A stretch of 45,933 nt of DNA from a bacterium (GCA_017633675.1 JAGBOW010000033.1:1-45933), one strand, 5' to 3'. Shown: positions 1-9,391, counted from the first letter of the stretch. The notes: generated from the letters alone by a model not told the origin. Numbers and translations: made by a program.

Positions 1-702
1 GAATACAACAAGCATGCTTGGGTGAATGCATTGAAACAAAATTATTCACTTCTAAATCAGGGTTTTAGAAAGATGATGGCAGATGATGGGGTGGAATTTA
101 TTGCAGATACGGAAGTCTGGAGAGCAATAGGTAGTCATTGCTTTTCATCTGATGATATTTCATCAGTCAATTGTAAAGATTTTTATCCGCAATTACAAAG
201 ATATTTTAAAATAATACGCATTGGTAAAGGAATTGATACTGGTATTGTTTATAATTACAAATACAGAAATTCTTCTGAAAAAAATGCTTATAATCAAAAC
301 ATAATATATCTATCAAACGGTGCTATGATATGGACCTATGAGTTTTATAAAAACCCGTCAATTAGCCCAAATTGTGATACAATCCATGCAGCCGGAGGAC
401 ATATGTGTGGTTGGGCGGGTTGGTTTAATATAGATATCAACGGTAACAGAGGACCTAATGAATTTGGAAAAGATATATTTAGGTTTTATATATCAGAAAG
501 AGGACAACTTGCACCTGTTGGTGGTAATGATCATGCTGTACATTCCGCAATTTCAATTTCAACTCAAGAAAATATAGATAAACATAGGGCAAATATAGGC
601 TTGAATGGGGAGTGTCTTTTCGGATCTGCTCCATACGATAACTCTGGTATGGGTTGTTCCGGCTTGCTTATCGACCAGTTAAACTGGAAAATGGATTACT
701 AA
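1..702 (+). CDS. Type IV pilin-like protein (5'-truncated by window edge)
   Basis: Frame is open from base 1 (EYNKHAWVNALKQNYS). Shares the motifs GFxKMMAD, IDINGxxGPN..GxDxFxFxI and WxMDY with the prepilin-type ORF at 44283-45083. Confidence 0.8.
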   Translation, partial: EYNKHAWVNALKQNYSLLNQGFRKMMADDGVEFIADTEVWRAIGSHCFSSDDISSVNCKDFYPQLQRYFKIIRIGKGIDTGIVYNYKYRNSSEKNAYNQNIIYLSNGAMIWTYEFYKNPSISPNCDTIHAAGGHMCGWAGWFNIDINGNRGPNEFGKDIFRFYISERGQLAPVGGNDHAVHSAISISTQENIDKHRANIGLNGECLFGSAPYDNSGMGCSGLLIDQLNWKMDY

Positions 703-759
703 TTAGATGAATAGAGGATTAGCTGTTTACGTTAAAAGACTAATCCTCTGTTCATCTAA
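703..759. terminator. Long hairpin after the pilin-like gene
   Basis: ttagatgaatagaggattag (703-722) pairs with ctaatcctctgttcatctaa (740-759). Confidence 0.6.
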
Positions 760-842
760 ACATCTCTTATTTTTTAATCGCCAATCTAAATTTTACCCTA
801 CATTTCTTAAACTGCAAAATTATATTTATAAAAAACCAAATT

Positions 843-877
843 AAAAAGCCCGCTAAACTATTGATTTACGGGCTTTT
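843..877 (-). terminator. Intrinsic terminator downstream of tRNA-Ala
   Basis: aaaagcccg...cgggctttt stem with A/T tails, about 30 nt past the tRNA 3' end. Confidence 0.55.
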
Positions 878-905
878 GTAAAAAGGTCAAATTTCTGAAA
901 AAATT

Positions 906-978
906 TGGAGGATGAGAGACTCGAACTCTTAACCCCCTGCGTGCAAAGCAGGTGCTCTACCAATTGAGCTAATCCCCC
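906..978 (-). tRNA. tRNA-Ala(TGC)
   Basis: Reverse complement GGGGGATTAGCTCAATTGGTAGAGCACCTGCTTTGCACGCAGGGGGTTAAGAGTTCGAGTCTCTCATCCTCCA; anticodon arm CCTGC-TTTGCAC-GCAGG; T-loop GTTCGAG. Confidence 0.97.
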
Positions 979-1057
979 ATTTCTGAGTTCGCTTCACGAA
1001 TAAATTCGCTCCGCATTATTTATATTACATGCTGATTTTTTTTTGTAAAGTACTTTT

Positions 1058-1411
1058 TTAAATTTTCTCTATTTTGCTTAAATAATTATATAATCTCTCT
1101 TTATCATAATAATACCACCAGCCGATCAGGGTTTCGAATGCGGTTGCCTGACGGTATTCTGTTTGATTTGAGCGTCTTGCAACAGGTATAGGTAAATTTC
1201 TTGCTCTGCGCGCAATCTCTTTTTCCTCATCAGTTAATTCATTTTCAAAATTGCGAAACAATTCCGCCTGATAAGATGCTTTTACTCTTTCTGTCGTGAT
1301 TTTGTGGAGATTTTTTGCGTTATCGGTCATTTTTACTGTCTTTTCCCGAACAAACAATTCCCACACAGCATCTCCGATATATGCATAATTTCTTAAACTC
1401 ATATCTTCCAT
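1058..1411 (-). CDS. mrnC: Mini-ribonuclease III
   Basis: AYIGDAVWELFVR, VKASYQA and YRQATAFETLIGW motifs; 117 aa, no dsRBD. Confidence 0.9.
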   Translation of the reverse strand: MEDMSLRNYAYIGDAVWELFVREKTVKMTDNAKNLHKITTERVKASYQAELFRNFENELTDEEKEIARRARNLPIPVARRSNQTEYRQATAFETLIGWWYYYDKERLYNYLSKIEKI

Positions 1412-1587
1412 ATAATTATTATAACATATAACTGATTAAAAAGCAGAAATAACAGATATTTACAGAAAATACTCAGATTTTTTCGGAGTATTTGTAAATA
1501 TTTTTTTACAAACTAGCAAAATAATGTATTCAGATGAGTTAATAAAATATTCAATTTGATATTATGTATCAAAACGAGGGTTAGTAT

Positions 1588-1962
1588 ATGGTCGATAACA
1601 GATCGGCAGGATTCTTCGGAATCGGCGGTTCATTTAATTTCAAAAGCGGAGATATTTCAGGAACAGCAGCCAAAACCCAAGACGACAAAATGGGACAGGG
1701 CGGTGAATATTTTGCGCAGCAAAAAAAAGATGATGAAAATAATAACCCCGAAAGTGAAAAATACACTGACAGAAGTGCCGTTCTGCGCGCAACTTTAAAT
1801 TCGCTTGCCATGATGAATGTCGCAAATGTAATAAATGCCCGCAAAAAAGCTTTTGAAGAAGAACAACAAAGAAAACGTCAGGCATTAGAAAAAGACGAAA
1901 CCCAAGAAGAGCTGGAAAAAGAATTTTATAATTTAGCTAATGAAATGAAGGAAGATAATTAA
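1588..1962 (+). CDS. Hypothetical protein
   Basis: 124-aa ORF with gagg RBS and a charged coiled-coil C-terminus. Confidence 0.65.
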   Translation: MVDNRSAGFFGIGGSFNFKSGDISGTAAKTQDDKMGQGGEYFAQQKKDDENNNPESEKYTDRSAVLRATLNSLAMMNVANVINARKKAFEEEQQRKRQALEKDETQEELEKEFYNLANEMKEDN

Positions 1963-1965
1963 TTT

Positions 1966-2080
1966 AAAGGGCGATATGGTAATGAAGCGATAAGTTCTTT
2001 AATATAGTTGTGTTTAAACTTTTAAATTGCTTTTATGAAAAGCACCTATCGCCATAACGACTTATCGCCCTATCACCTTT
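1966..2080. repeat. Imperfect palindrome built from short (c/t)tatc(g/a)c units
   Basis: Left arm gggcgatatgg...gcgataagt; right arm cctatcgcc...acttatcgccctatcaccttt. Confidence 0.5.
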
Positions 2081-2269
2081 TTATAAAACATTTACATTTC
2101 TTAATAAACTTTAAAACCATGTAAAACCATGCCTTTAGCATGATTGCATGATTTAAAATCCCGATATCATGTCAGAGCTTATTCTTAAGAATGATTGACT
2201 TTTTAAAACACGCTGTACAAAAGAATTTGAGACTATTGTTACAAATGTTCATAATATCATGTTCATCTC

Positions 2270-2297
2270 TTGAAAAATTTTCCTTATTTTCTATAAT
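2270..2297 (+). promoter_or_regulatory. Sigma70-type promoter
   Basis: TTGAAA-N16-TATAAT upstream of the Cys-rich ORF. Confidence 0.55.
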
Positions 2298-2405
2298 GTA
2301 GTTAAAGAGAGGTGAAACACATCTCTAATGGGGATTTTGACAGCATGTAATGTCTGTCACGGTTGCCGTACTTGGGTAAGATAGAGAATTTGGAGAAAAT
2401 ATAAA

Positions 2406-2636
2406 TTGTTTAGAAGTAGGGATATGGGCAGAGCAGTTGCAGTAAGAAGATGGACACCGACTGCTTTGGAATGTTATAAAAGAGGATGTAATTGCGAAGG
2501 TTGTTTTTATAAGGACTTTTTTAGCGGTTCATCTCAAAAGTGTCAAATGAAAGCTTCAGTATTGGAATTGGTCAGAGTAATCGGAACTCCTAATATTGAA
2601 TTGCAACAATTCATTACCGAAGAAGAAGAATTGTAA
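2406..2636 (+). CDS. Small Cys-rich protein (possible metal or Fe-S binding)
   Basis: WTxxALECYxxxCxCxxC...CQM motif, shared with 10487-10705. The start may be the ATG at 2424. Confidence 0.75.
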   Translation: MFRSRDMGRAVAVRRWTPTALECYKRGCNCEGCFYKDFFSGSSQKCQMKASVLELVRVIGTPNIELQQFITEEEEL

Positions 2637-2695
2637 AAAAGGACTTTAAAAAATAATTATTATGTGTTATAATATACCTATATAGGAGGTTATTT

Positions 2696-3025
2696 ATGCA
2701 CATTTATGTAAACGGAAGAAACATCGAAATTACAGACGCTATTAAGGCTTATGCAAAGGAAAAAATTGGTAAAGTGGTAAATCACTATGACCAAATTCAG
2801 GGAATTGACGTTGTCTTGTCCGTAATCAAAAACCCTGCTGCTTCAGGTAAACACGTAGCCGAAGTAAGTTGTAAAATGTCAACAGGTGTTGTAAGATGCG
2901 AAGAAGCTGCAGATTCAATGTATGAAAGTATTGATTTGTTAGCCGACAAACTCGACAGACAAGTTAAAAAATTCAAAGACAAAAGCTTGGGTTCGGATAA
3001 AGCTTCTATCAGAACTGAAGATTAA
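2696..3025 (+). CDS. hpf: Ribosome hibernation promoting factor (RaiA/HPF)
   Basis: GRNIEITDAIKAY...MYESIDLLADKLDRQVKKFK; ggagg RBS. Confidence 0.95.
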   Translation: MHIYVNGRNIEITDAIKAYAKEKIGKVVNHYDQIQGIDVVLSVIKNPAASGKHVAEVSCKMSTGVVRCEEAADSMYESIDLLADKLDRQVKKFKDKSLGSDKASIRTED

Positions 3026-3029
3026 AATT

Positions 3030-3055
3030 AAAAGGTGCTCAAAAAAGCACCTTTT
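3030..3055 (+). terminator. Intrinsic terminator of hpf
   Basis: aaaaggtgct-caaaaa-agcacctttt hairpin. Confidence 0.75.
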
Positions 3056-3079
3056 AAAAAATTTGAAAATACTTAAAAT

Positions 3080-3103
3080 ACCGACCTGTTTGGTCGGTTT
3101 TTT
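3080..3103. terminator. Hairpin; inverted copy of 3609-3632
   Basis: accgacctgtttggtcggtttttt. Confidence 0.7.
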
Positions 3104-3115
3104 AAATACTGTAAA

Positions 3116-3271
3116 CTAAACCCTTTTATCTAATACAGAATTTAATATAAATTCTATTTCTTTTGATATTGAACGCTTATCTTTTTGTGCAGCCTCTTTA
3201 ACCAATTCAAAGACTTTGTTACTAATCCTTAATGTAAAAACTTTTTCATTATCATATTGTTTCTGCGCCAT
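3116..3271 (-). CDS. Arc-family ribbon-helix-helix DNA-binding protein (not in the ORF track)
   Basis: Hand translation MAQKQYDNEKVFTLRISNKVFELVKEAAQKDKRSISKEIEFILNSVLDKRV* (51 aa); FTLRI strand plus RSIxxEI helix pattern; ggag RBS. Confidence 0.85.
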   Translation of the reverse strand: MAQKQYDNEKVFTLRISNKVFELVKEAAQKDKRSISKEIEFILNSVLDKRV

Positions 3272-3373
3272 AGTAATCTCCAAATTTTAATTATATAAAA
3301 TCATTTTGAGATTATCAAGATTTCATATTGACGTCATTATGACATCATGGTAGTTTGTTATTGAGGTAATTTT

Positions 3374-3580
3374 ATGCACAAAAGTAAATACAAAATAAAT
3401 TGCAAAAATTTTAATAACATGTATAAAATGTCGCAAGAAATACGTGGGAATATTTTTATAATTGAAAATTTTTGTAAAACTTATCAACATGTTGATGATT
3501 TTTATATGATAATGCCACTAATAAAGTATACAAATAATTTATCTGATAAACTTTATAATGAATTTATTAATATTAAATAA
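3374..3580 (+). CDS. Small hypothetical protein divergent from the Arc regulator
   Basis: 68-aa ORF with gaggt RBS. Confidence 0.6.
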   Translation: MHKSKYKINCKNFNNMYKMSQEIRGNIFIIENFCKTYQHVDDFYMIMPLIKYTNNLSDKLYNEFINIK

Positions 3581-3608
3581 GGATAATGCTCATAAATATT
3601 TATAAAAT

Positions 3609-3637
3609 AAAAAACCGACCAAACAGGTCGGTTTTTT
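3609..3637. terminator. Bidirectional terminator hairpin
   Basis: aaaaaaccgacc-aaaca-ggtcggtttttt between convergent genes. Confidence 0.8.
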
Positions 3638-3794
3638 AATCCTTTTTGTTTTTAAGATTTTTATCTTGGATTATTGGCAATTCGAAACTTTTCATTCCAC
3701 TCCATAAATTTTGCAAATTTATTCCGTTTCATAAAGTTTCTCATTAGGACGTGCTGAGTTCGCTTCGCTCACACGGCGCACTTGCCAAAATCCG

Positions 3795-4670
3795 CTAGAA
3801 CGTACCTGCAGGTTTCTTTTGAGCTGTTGCACCGGGGATTGACTGCCAGTTTGCTGCCATGATTTTTTTGAATGATTTCAAAGCCGTATCTTCGAGTTCA
3901 CCTAATTCTTCAGCTTCCATAATCAATTCTCTCAACGGCAACAACGCTCTTTGATCTCTGAGAACTCCCAATGCCGCTGCCGCACCTGCTCTGACAAGTT
4001 CGTTTTCAGTACGGTTTTTCATAACGTCAATCAAAGCCGGAACCGCTTTTGTATCGTTCAATTTGCCCAATGAAGTAACGGCATAAATTCTGACATTTAC
4101 CCATTCATCATAAAGCATGTTAATAACTTTATCTACTGCCTTTTTGTTTCCGATTTCACCCAATGCACGGGTTGCATCACATCTTACGTTAACTTTTTCG
4201 TGATCCAAAGATTCCATCAAAGCATCAGTTGCAACATCACCGATTTCAATTAATGCATCTGTTGCTGTAATACACACTTGAGGATTTTCATCATTCAAAG
4301 CTTCTACCAAAGGTTCAACAACAATTTCGCCGCCCAAACGACCTAATGCACGGGCTGCACGAACCCTAACGTCAACATTTCTGTCCTCTCTTAAAGATTC
4401 AATCAGATGAACAGTAGCTTTTGAATCGCCTAATTCACCCAATGCACGAGCTGCATATAATCTTACGGAGCCGTTTTTATCATGTTTCAAAACTTCAATT
4501 AACGGTTCAACAGCTTTTGAATCACCCATTTCGCCAAGAACTCGGGCCGCATTATATCTGACCTTTTCCGAATTACTCGTTTTCAAATCAGTCAACAATT
4601 CATCAAAAGATTTTTTCACTTGTTTTTTCTTGCTGTTTACACTAATTGTCATTAAATTTTCCTCCAACAC
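3795..4670 (-). CDS. HEAT-repeat protein (PBS lyase HEAT-like)
   Basis: Repeated VRxxAARALGELGDxxAVxPLIExL units. Confidence 0.9.
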   Translation of the reverse strand: MLEENLMTISVNSKKKQVKKSFDELLTDLKTSNSEKVRYNAARVLGEMGDSKAVEPLIEVLKHDKNGSVRLYAARALGELGDSKATVHLIESLREDRNVDVRVRAARALGRLGGEIVVEPLVEALNDENPQVCITATDALIEIGDVATDALMESLDHEKVNVRCDATRALGEIGNKKAVDKVINMLYDEWVNVRIYAVTSLGKLNDTKAVPALIDVMKNRTENELVRAGAAAALGVLRDQRALLPLRELIMEAEELGELEDTALKSFKKIMAANWQSIPGATAQKKPAGTF

Positions 4671-5022
4671 ACATTATTCACTACACTACTTTTATATAAA
4701 AACTTTTGTGAATGAATAATTGCTTTTTGTACCTACTTTTGTTAACTTTTTTTAACCTTCTGTGCAGTCATTGATTAAGGGTAAAATTAACACTTTATAA
4801 TATTAATATAACACATATTATATTTTTTGTGATAAATTTTGAATTTTTTTATTATTTTTAATATGATTGTTTTTCTAATAATAAATGTCATTCAATTATA
4901 TTTGGGTAAAATTTTTAATATTTTTTCATAAATACTACTTACTACAGATAGTAATATAGAATTCATAGACATACCAAAAGCCAATTATTGCAATAGTTTT
5001 GGATAATATAAAAATATAATTA

Positions 5023-5053
5023 AACTAACCTTGTGTTATGCACAAGGTTAGTT
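5023..5053 (-). terminator. Terminator hairpin
   Basis: aactaaccttgtg-ttatg-cacaaggttagtt, a perfect 13-bp stem downstream of 5089-5607. Confidence 0.65.
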
Positions 5054-5088
5054 AATATTATAAAAAATTAATCTGCACAACAATAAAT

Positions 5089-5607
5089 TTATCTTATTTT
5101 CTTTGCAACATTAAACATCAGTTCAACAACTTGGGATAATACAGGACGTTCCTGACCTCCTCCGATTGAAGCTAATTTCAATGCCATTTTTTGAATTTTT
5201 CCTGCTAAACCATGTGCAAATTTTCTTCCCTGCGGTTTCAAATTCATTTCGTAACCCAAAACAACTTCACCGGCATTGTTTTTTCTGACAACGGAATAAT
5301 TTCCGCTTTCGCTATCAAGTATTTCGACTGTACTATTCGCACCAACAGTAGTCCTTTTAACTTGCATATTTTCTTTATTTTCAAAACTTTGCTTTACATG
5401 CGCTTTTCCTTTAGCAGAATTACATGCACTTTCAATTTTTTTACCATTATCATATACATATACAGGTCCGTCATATCCTAAGTACTTAACACCACAATCA
5501 GGAATAAGATGAAGTTTCTTTACTTCTCCTGACCTTATTGGTCTAAATCCAAATTTGTCTGCTTGTAACTCATGATAACCATTTCCAACTTGAGTTGGAT
5601 AAACCAT
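5089..5607 (-). CDS. Hypothetical protein
   Basis: 172-aa ORF followed by a hairpin; no recognised motif. Confidence 0.65.
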   Translation of the reverse strand: MVYPTQVGNGYHELQADKFGFRPIRSGEVKKLHLIPDCGVKYLGYDGPVYVYDNGKKIESACNSAKGKAHVKQSFENKENMQVKRTTVGANSTVEILDSESGNYSVVRKNNAGEVVLGYEMNLKPQGRKFAHGLAGKIQKMALKLASIGGGQERPVLSQVVELMFNVAKKIR

Positions 5608-5737
5608 TTTTATATTAATAATATTGGCTAAAATTATTTATCTTAGTAGAATTTATCTTGGGTAAGCTCGATACTTATTACCTTACTTACGGCGGTCGGA
5701 CTGAAAATTCGCATAACGACGGAAAGGGGGTGGTAAA

Positions 5738-5809
5738 GTGGATCTCAGTATTACTGAAAAAGCGCTGATGCTTATCTTACTGATAATCATAGCGCTTAAA
5801 TCCAACTAG
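5738..5809 (+). CDS. Candidate type I toxin, 23-aa hydrophobic peptide (not in the ORF track)
   Basis: Strong SD gaaagggggtg, then GTG...TAG giving MDLSITEKALMLILLIIIALKSN; followed by hairpin gtgcgga-ctgcaa-tccgcac. Confidence 0.6.
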   Translation: MDLSITEKALMLILLIIIALKSN

Positions 5810-5855
5810 AGGGGCTTTTAATGTGCGGACTGCAATCCGCACGCCCTTCATTATT

Positions 5856-5883
5856 ATTATAACCTATTTTTTACAAATTTCAA
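5856..5883 (-). promoter_or_regulatory. Sigma70-type promoter firing antisense to the small peptide gene
   Basis: Minus strand reads TTGAAA-N16-TATAAT. Confidence 0.55.
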
Positions 5884-5923
5884 CCCCATTTTTAAAATTT
5901 TATTTATATTAATACATAAACTC

Positions 5924-7735
5924 TTACAAATCACTGCAAATACTGATAATAAATTCACTGCCTTTGCCGACTTCACTGTTTACGGTAATTTTACCGTTAT
6001 GCTTCTCAATAATCTTTGTACAAATCGCCAAACCTAACCCTGTTCCGACACCGGAACTTTTTGTTGTAAAACCTGCCGTAAATATTTTACCGAGCTGATT
6101 TTTGGGAATGCCTTTCCCGTTATCTTTTATCTTGACAATGAGGTTATTATCTTTGAAATCGGTTGTAATGGTGATAGTGCCTTTTAGGGGTTGTGAACTG
6201 TCCGTATAGGGTTGAAAGTTGGAAGTTGAAAGTTGAAAGTTATTTAATTTTCCACTTTCCACTTTCAACTTTCCACTACCATTAGCTGCTTCACTTCCCA
6301 GCTGCTTAGCTGCATTAACCGGCTTGCCCTCCGCTATAGCCTGACATGCATTCACAAGAATATTCATAAAAACCTGATTAAGCATGTTCGGAAAACATTT
6401 TATCATCGGGATTTCACCGTAATTTTTAATAATTTCAATTTTATTTTTTGTTTCATGCCGGATTAAATCAAGCGTCAAATCAAGTTCTTTATTAATATCT
6501 GCTTCCTGAAGCTCCGCCTCATCAAGCCTTACAAACTTTTTCAAAGACAAAACGATATTACTAATCCTTGAAACAGCTTCTTTGTCAATTTCGTTTATCT
6601 CCTTGAGCATTTCTTTCAATTCGGCGTCATCTATTGTGTCAAGCAGTTTTGAGGCAATCGAATTATTTGACTTTATTGAGGCAACGGGTGTATTAATTTC
6701 GTGTGCCACACCTGCAACCAATTGACCTAAAGACGCCATTTTTTCGGAATTTATCAGTTGAACTTGGGTTTCTTTAAGCTCTTTCAAGGTATTTTTTAAT
6801 TCTTTAACGGTTTGAATATTTTTATTATAAAGTTCAGCACGTTCAATCGCATTGGAAATCTGAGTAGAAATCGGCTCTAAAATCTCCATTTCTTCATTAA
6901 GCTCTCTTTTTTGATAACTGAGCAAAACTATCACTCCCGTAAGCTTTTGCTGATGATGAACAGGTATAACAATACGCATTACAGGTTGTTTGAACGGTTT
7001 TGCACCCATATATTCGGTTAAAGTATTAGACACTGCAATATCAAGTGCACCAATAGTTTTCATTGTTTTTTCATCAAATTTAATTTTGTCGGGAAGTTTT
7101 AATTTTTTATCCCCGTAAACCTCCTGAATAGTGAAAGTATTTTTTTCAGATTCTGCAAAATATGCCTTATATGCTCCGAACATTACAGATAATTCTTTTA
7201 ATGCGGATTGAAGAATTTGGGATAAATCCATGCTTTCTCTGATATTATTGGAAACTTTGCTTACAAGCGCAATTCGGATAGCTTGGCTCTGCGCATTTTT
7301 TTTGATTTTCTGCAAATCTTCATTTTCTGATTTCAATTCTTCTATTTGTGCGAGAAGTTTTTCGTTTTCTTTATTCATATTAATAAGAGAATTCTGCGCA
7401 CTGACATCAGTAAAAAATAATATTGTATAATTACCTTTTTTAATCGCTTGCAAATCGTAATAAAAAATTTTGTTTAATTCCGATTGATAAGAAATCCTTG
7501 CAAAAAAATTTTCTTTTGAAATCAGGGCATGGTAAATCGGGGAGTAAATTTCAATATTTTCGGAATCAAGAGGGCAAATGTCAAAATTTGAATTGTGTGA
7601 AAACTTTTTAAGATTTACAAAATCCTTAAACCATCTCTTAAAAGTATGGTTTTTATAAACAACCTCATTTTTTTTATTTATTATTATGACAGCATCTCTA
7701 AACTGCCGAAAAAAGTCAAACTTCTTCATAATCAC
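5924..7735 (-). CDS. GAF-domain sensor histidine kinase with a repeat-derived insertion in the ATPase domain
   Basis: H-box SEKMASLGQLVAGVAHEINTP, N-box QVFMNILVNACQAI, DNGKGI, FTTK and GTGLGL. Confidence 0.93.
   Translation of the reverse strand: MIMKKFDFFRQFRDAVIIINKKNEVVYKNHTFKRWFKDFVNLKKFSHNSNFDICPLDSENIEIYSPIYHALISKENFFARISYQSELNKIFYYDLQAIKKGNYTILFFTDVSAQNSLINMNKENEKLLAQIEELKSENEDLQKIKKNAQSQAIRIALVSKVSNNIRESMDLSQILQSALKELSVMFGAYKAYFAESEKNTFTIQEVYGDKKLKLPDKIKFDEKTMKTIGALDIAVSNTLTEYMGAKPFKQPVMRIVIPVHHQQKLTGVIVLLSYQKRELNEEMEILEPISTQISNAIERAELYNKNIQTVKELKNTLKELKETQVQLINSEKMASLGQLVAGVAHEINTPVASIKSNNSIASKLLDTIDDAELKEMLKEINEIDKEAVSRISNIVLSLKKFVRLDEAELQEADINKELDLTLDLIRHETKNKIEIIKNYGEIPMIKCFPNMLNQVFMNILVNACQAIAEGKPVNAAKQLGSEAANGSGKLKVESGKLNNFQLSTSNFQPYTDSSQPLKGTITITTDFKDNNLIVKIKDNGKGIPKNQLGKIFTAGFTTKSSGVGTGLGLAICTKIIEKHNGKITVNSEVGKGSEFIISICSDL
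6211..6277. repeat. Heptamer-repeat palindrome (GTTGAAA)n...(TTTCCAC/TTTCAAC)n inside a CDS
   Basis: Four GTTGAAA-type units followed by four complementary units; near copy at 15134-15200. Confidence 0.85.
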
Positions 7736-7805
7736 AATTATATTTTATTTAATCTTGTGAGGCAATTAAGAGCTTTCTTTGTAACATAAAGAAATAAACT
7801 GTTTT

Positions 7806-8615
7806 CTAATATATAACGGATTTCTTAAAGAAACCGTTTACAAATATAAATTGAAAATTCAATGCATCAGCACTTATACCTGTTGCATCAAATTCCGGAT
7901 ACGTTACGGTTTTTTCAAGTGCCGCTGCAACAGACCTGTCATTTGTATCGTTATTTGAAGAATCAACTATTTTATAATTTAATAAACTGCCGTCAACCCC
8001 TATCGTGGCAACTACAACCGTCTTTGTGCCGGAACCCGTTGCCGGTGCATGCCAGTTCTTTTTAAGAAGATTACTTGTTTGGAACAGGAATGTTTCTAAA
8101 GCCGCAGGAGTCATAACGTCTTTCGCATCTTTAGTTCTTATGTATGATACAGGCAAATCATTTTTTAATCCCGATTTGCTGTTATTACGCAAAACAAGCT
8201 GTAATTCTTTATCATAATTGGAATTTTCTGCAATATACTTATCTCCGGCAATAGTTGCCACAGCATTATTTATTTCATATAAGAATGAATCTTCCCTGAC
8301 GGGTTTCATAAACGTGTGCGGATTATCAAATACCGCATTCGGACGATAGGTGTCCGGATCGTATTCTCCGGCTTGTATAATTCCGATATAATTTGTTTTG
8401 GAATTTGCTTTAATATAAGCAATTTTTTCCGATTGTCCCAATGCCTGATATCTTACGGTATAATAATATTCATTAGCATTTAAAATTTTAACCGAATCAG
8501 CATCAAAACATGCACTTACATTTTTTGTTTTGATATCTAACGGCTGCCAGTCCGCTCCATAAGCATTTAATACTGAAAGTAATATTGCTGTTGATAATAA
8601 AATTATTTTTTTCAT
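7806..8615 (-). CDS. Secreted protein with a C-terminal TonB/TolA-like domain
   Basis: Signal peptide MKKIILLSTAILLSVLNAYG; LKKNWHAP...IGVDGSLLNYKIVDSS...DRSVAAAL. Confidence 0.7.
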   Translation of the reverse strand: MKKIILLSTAILLSVLNAYGADWQPLDIKTKNVSACFDADSVKILNANEYYYTVRYQALGQSEKIAYIKANSKTNYIGIIQAGEYDPDTYRPNAVFDNPHTFMKPVREDSFLYEINNAVATIAGDKYIAENSNYDKELQLVLRNNSKSGLKNDLPVSYIRTKDAKDVMTPAALETFLFQTSNLLKKNWHAPATGSGTKTVVVATIGVDGSLLNYKIVDSSNNDTNDRSVAAALEKTVTYPEFDATGISADALNFQFIFVNGFFKKSVIY

Positions 8616-8682
8616 AATTAGCCCTCTTGGTTAAATTATATTTTATTACATTATATATTGCAATAAATTAAATGAATGAGAT

Positions 8683-9330
8683 TTACATTAAACAACATTT
8701 ATTGCGCCCGTCATTTTTTGCTTTATATAAAGCTTTATCTGCGTTATCAAACATTTCCGAGTAATTTTCAAAATCTGTTTTTGAAGTTACCCCAATACTA
8801 ACCGTAACATTAATTTTCTGATTATTGAATATAAAAATATTGTTTTCAATTCTTTTTCTTAAACGTTCCAGAGGTATTTCCGCATTTAAACCGGAAGTTT
8901 CCGTTAAAATTACAACAAATTCTTCACCGCCATAGCGAAACAATGTATCTGTCTGTCTGAAATTTGCCTTCATAATATAAGCAACTTCTTTCAAAACAAA
9001 ATCACCGCATGAATGACCGTAAGTATCATTGATTTTTTTGAAAAAATCTATATCAATAATCGCAAGACTTAAACCGTTATCATACCTTTTTGCACGTTTA
9101 AATTCTCTTTCAAATTCATTTTCAAAATGTCTGCGGTTAAAAAGACGGGTCAAAGGATCCGTAACGGACATTTGTTTTGTTTGGGTATACATAAAATTAA
9201 TCTTTTTTATAACTTCCATTTTATTAGTATTTGGAATGTCAAAACTCTCAATAATACTTTCAATATTATGCTGAATTTCGTCCAAAACATCTGCGGGGAG
9301 TTCAAAATTTTTAAATTCCGTATTTTCCAT
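8683..9330 (-). CDS. Diguanylate cyclase (GGDEF domain)
   Basis: DPLTRLFNRR, DIDFFKKINDTYGHSCGD, RxxD I-site and RYGGEEF. Confidence 0.95.
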   Translation of the reverse strand: MENTEFKNFELPADVLDEIQHNIESIIESFDIPNTNKMEVIKKINFMYTQTKQMSVTDPLTRLFNRRHFENEFEREFKRAKRYDNGLSLAIIDIDFFKKINDTYGHSCGDFVLKEVAYIMKANFRQTDTLFRYGGEEFVVILTETSGLNAEIPLERLRKRIENNIFIFNNQKINVTVSIGVTSKTDFENYSEMFDNADKALYKAKNDGRNKCCLM

Positions 9331-9391
9331 GTCAATTTATATGATAACAGAAATATTGTTTTAAATCCATTTTTTTGCTAAACTTAACATA

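Noticed and set aside
984-1013. gagttcgcttc motif shared with about 3756-3770
   Set aside because: Match of only about 13 bp; possibly a repeat fragment but too short to support a call.
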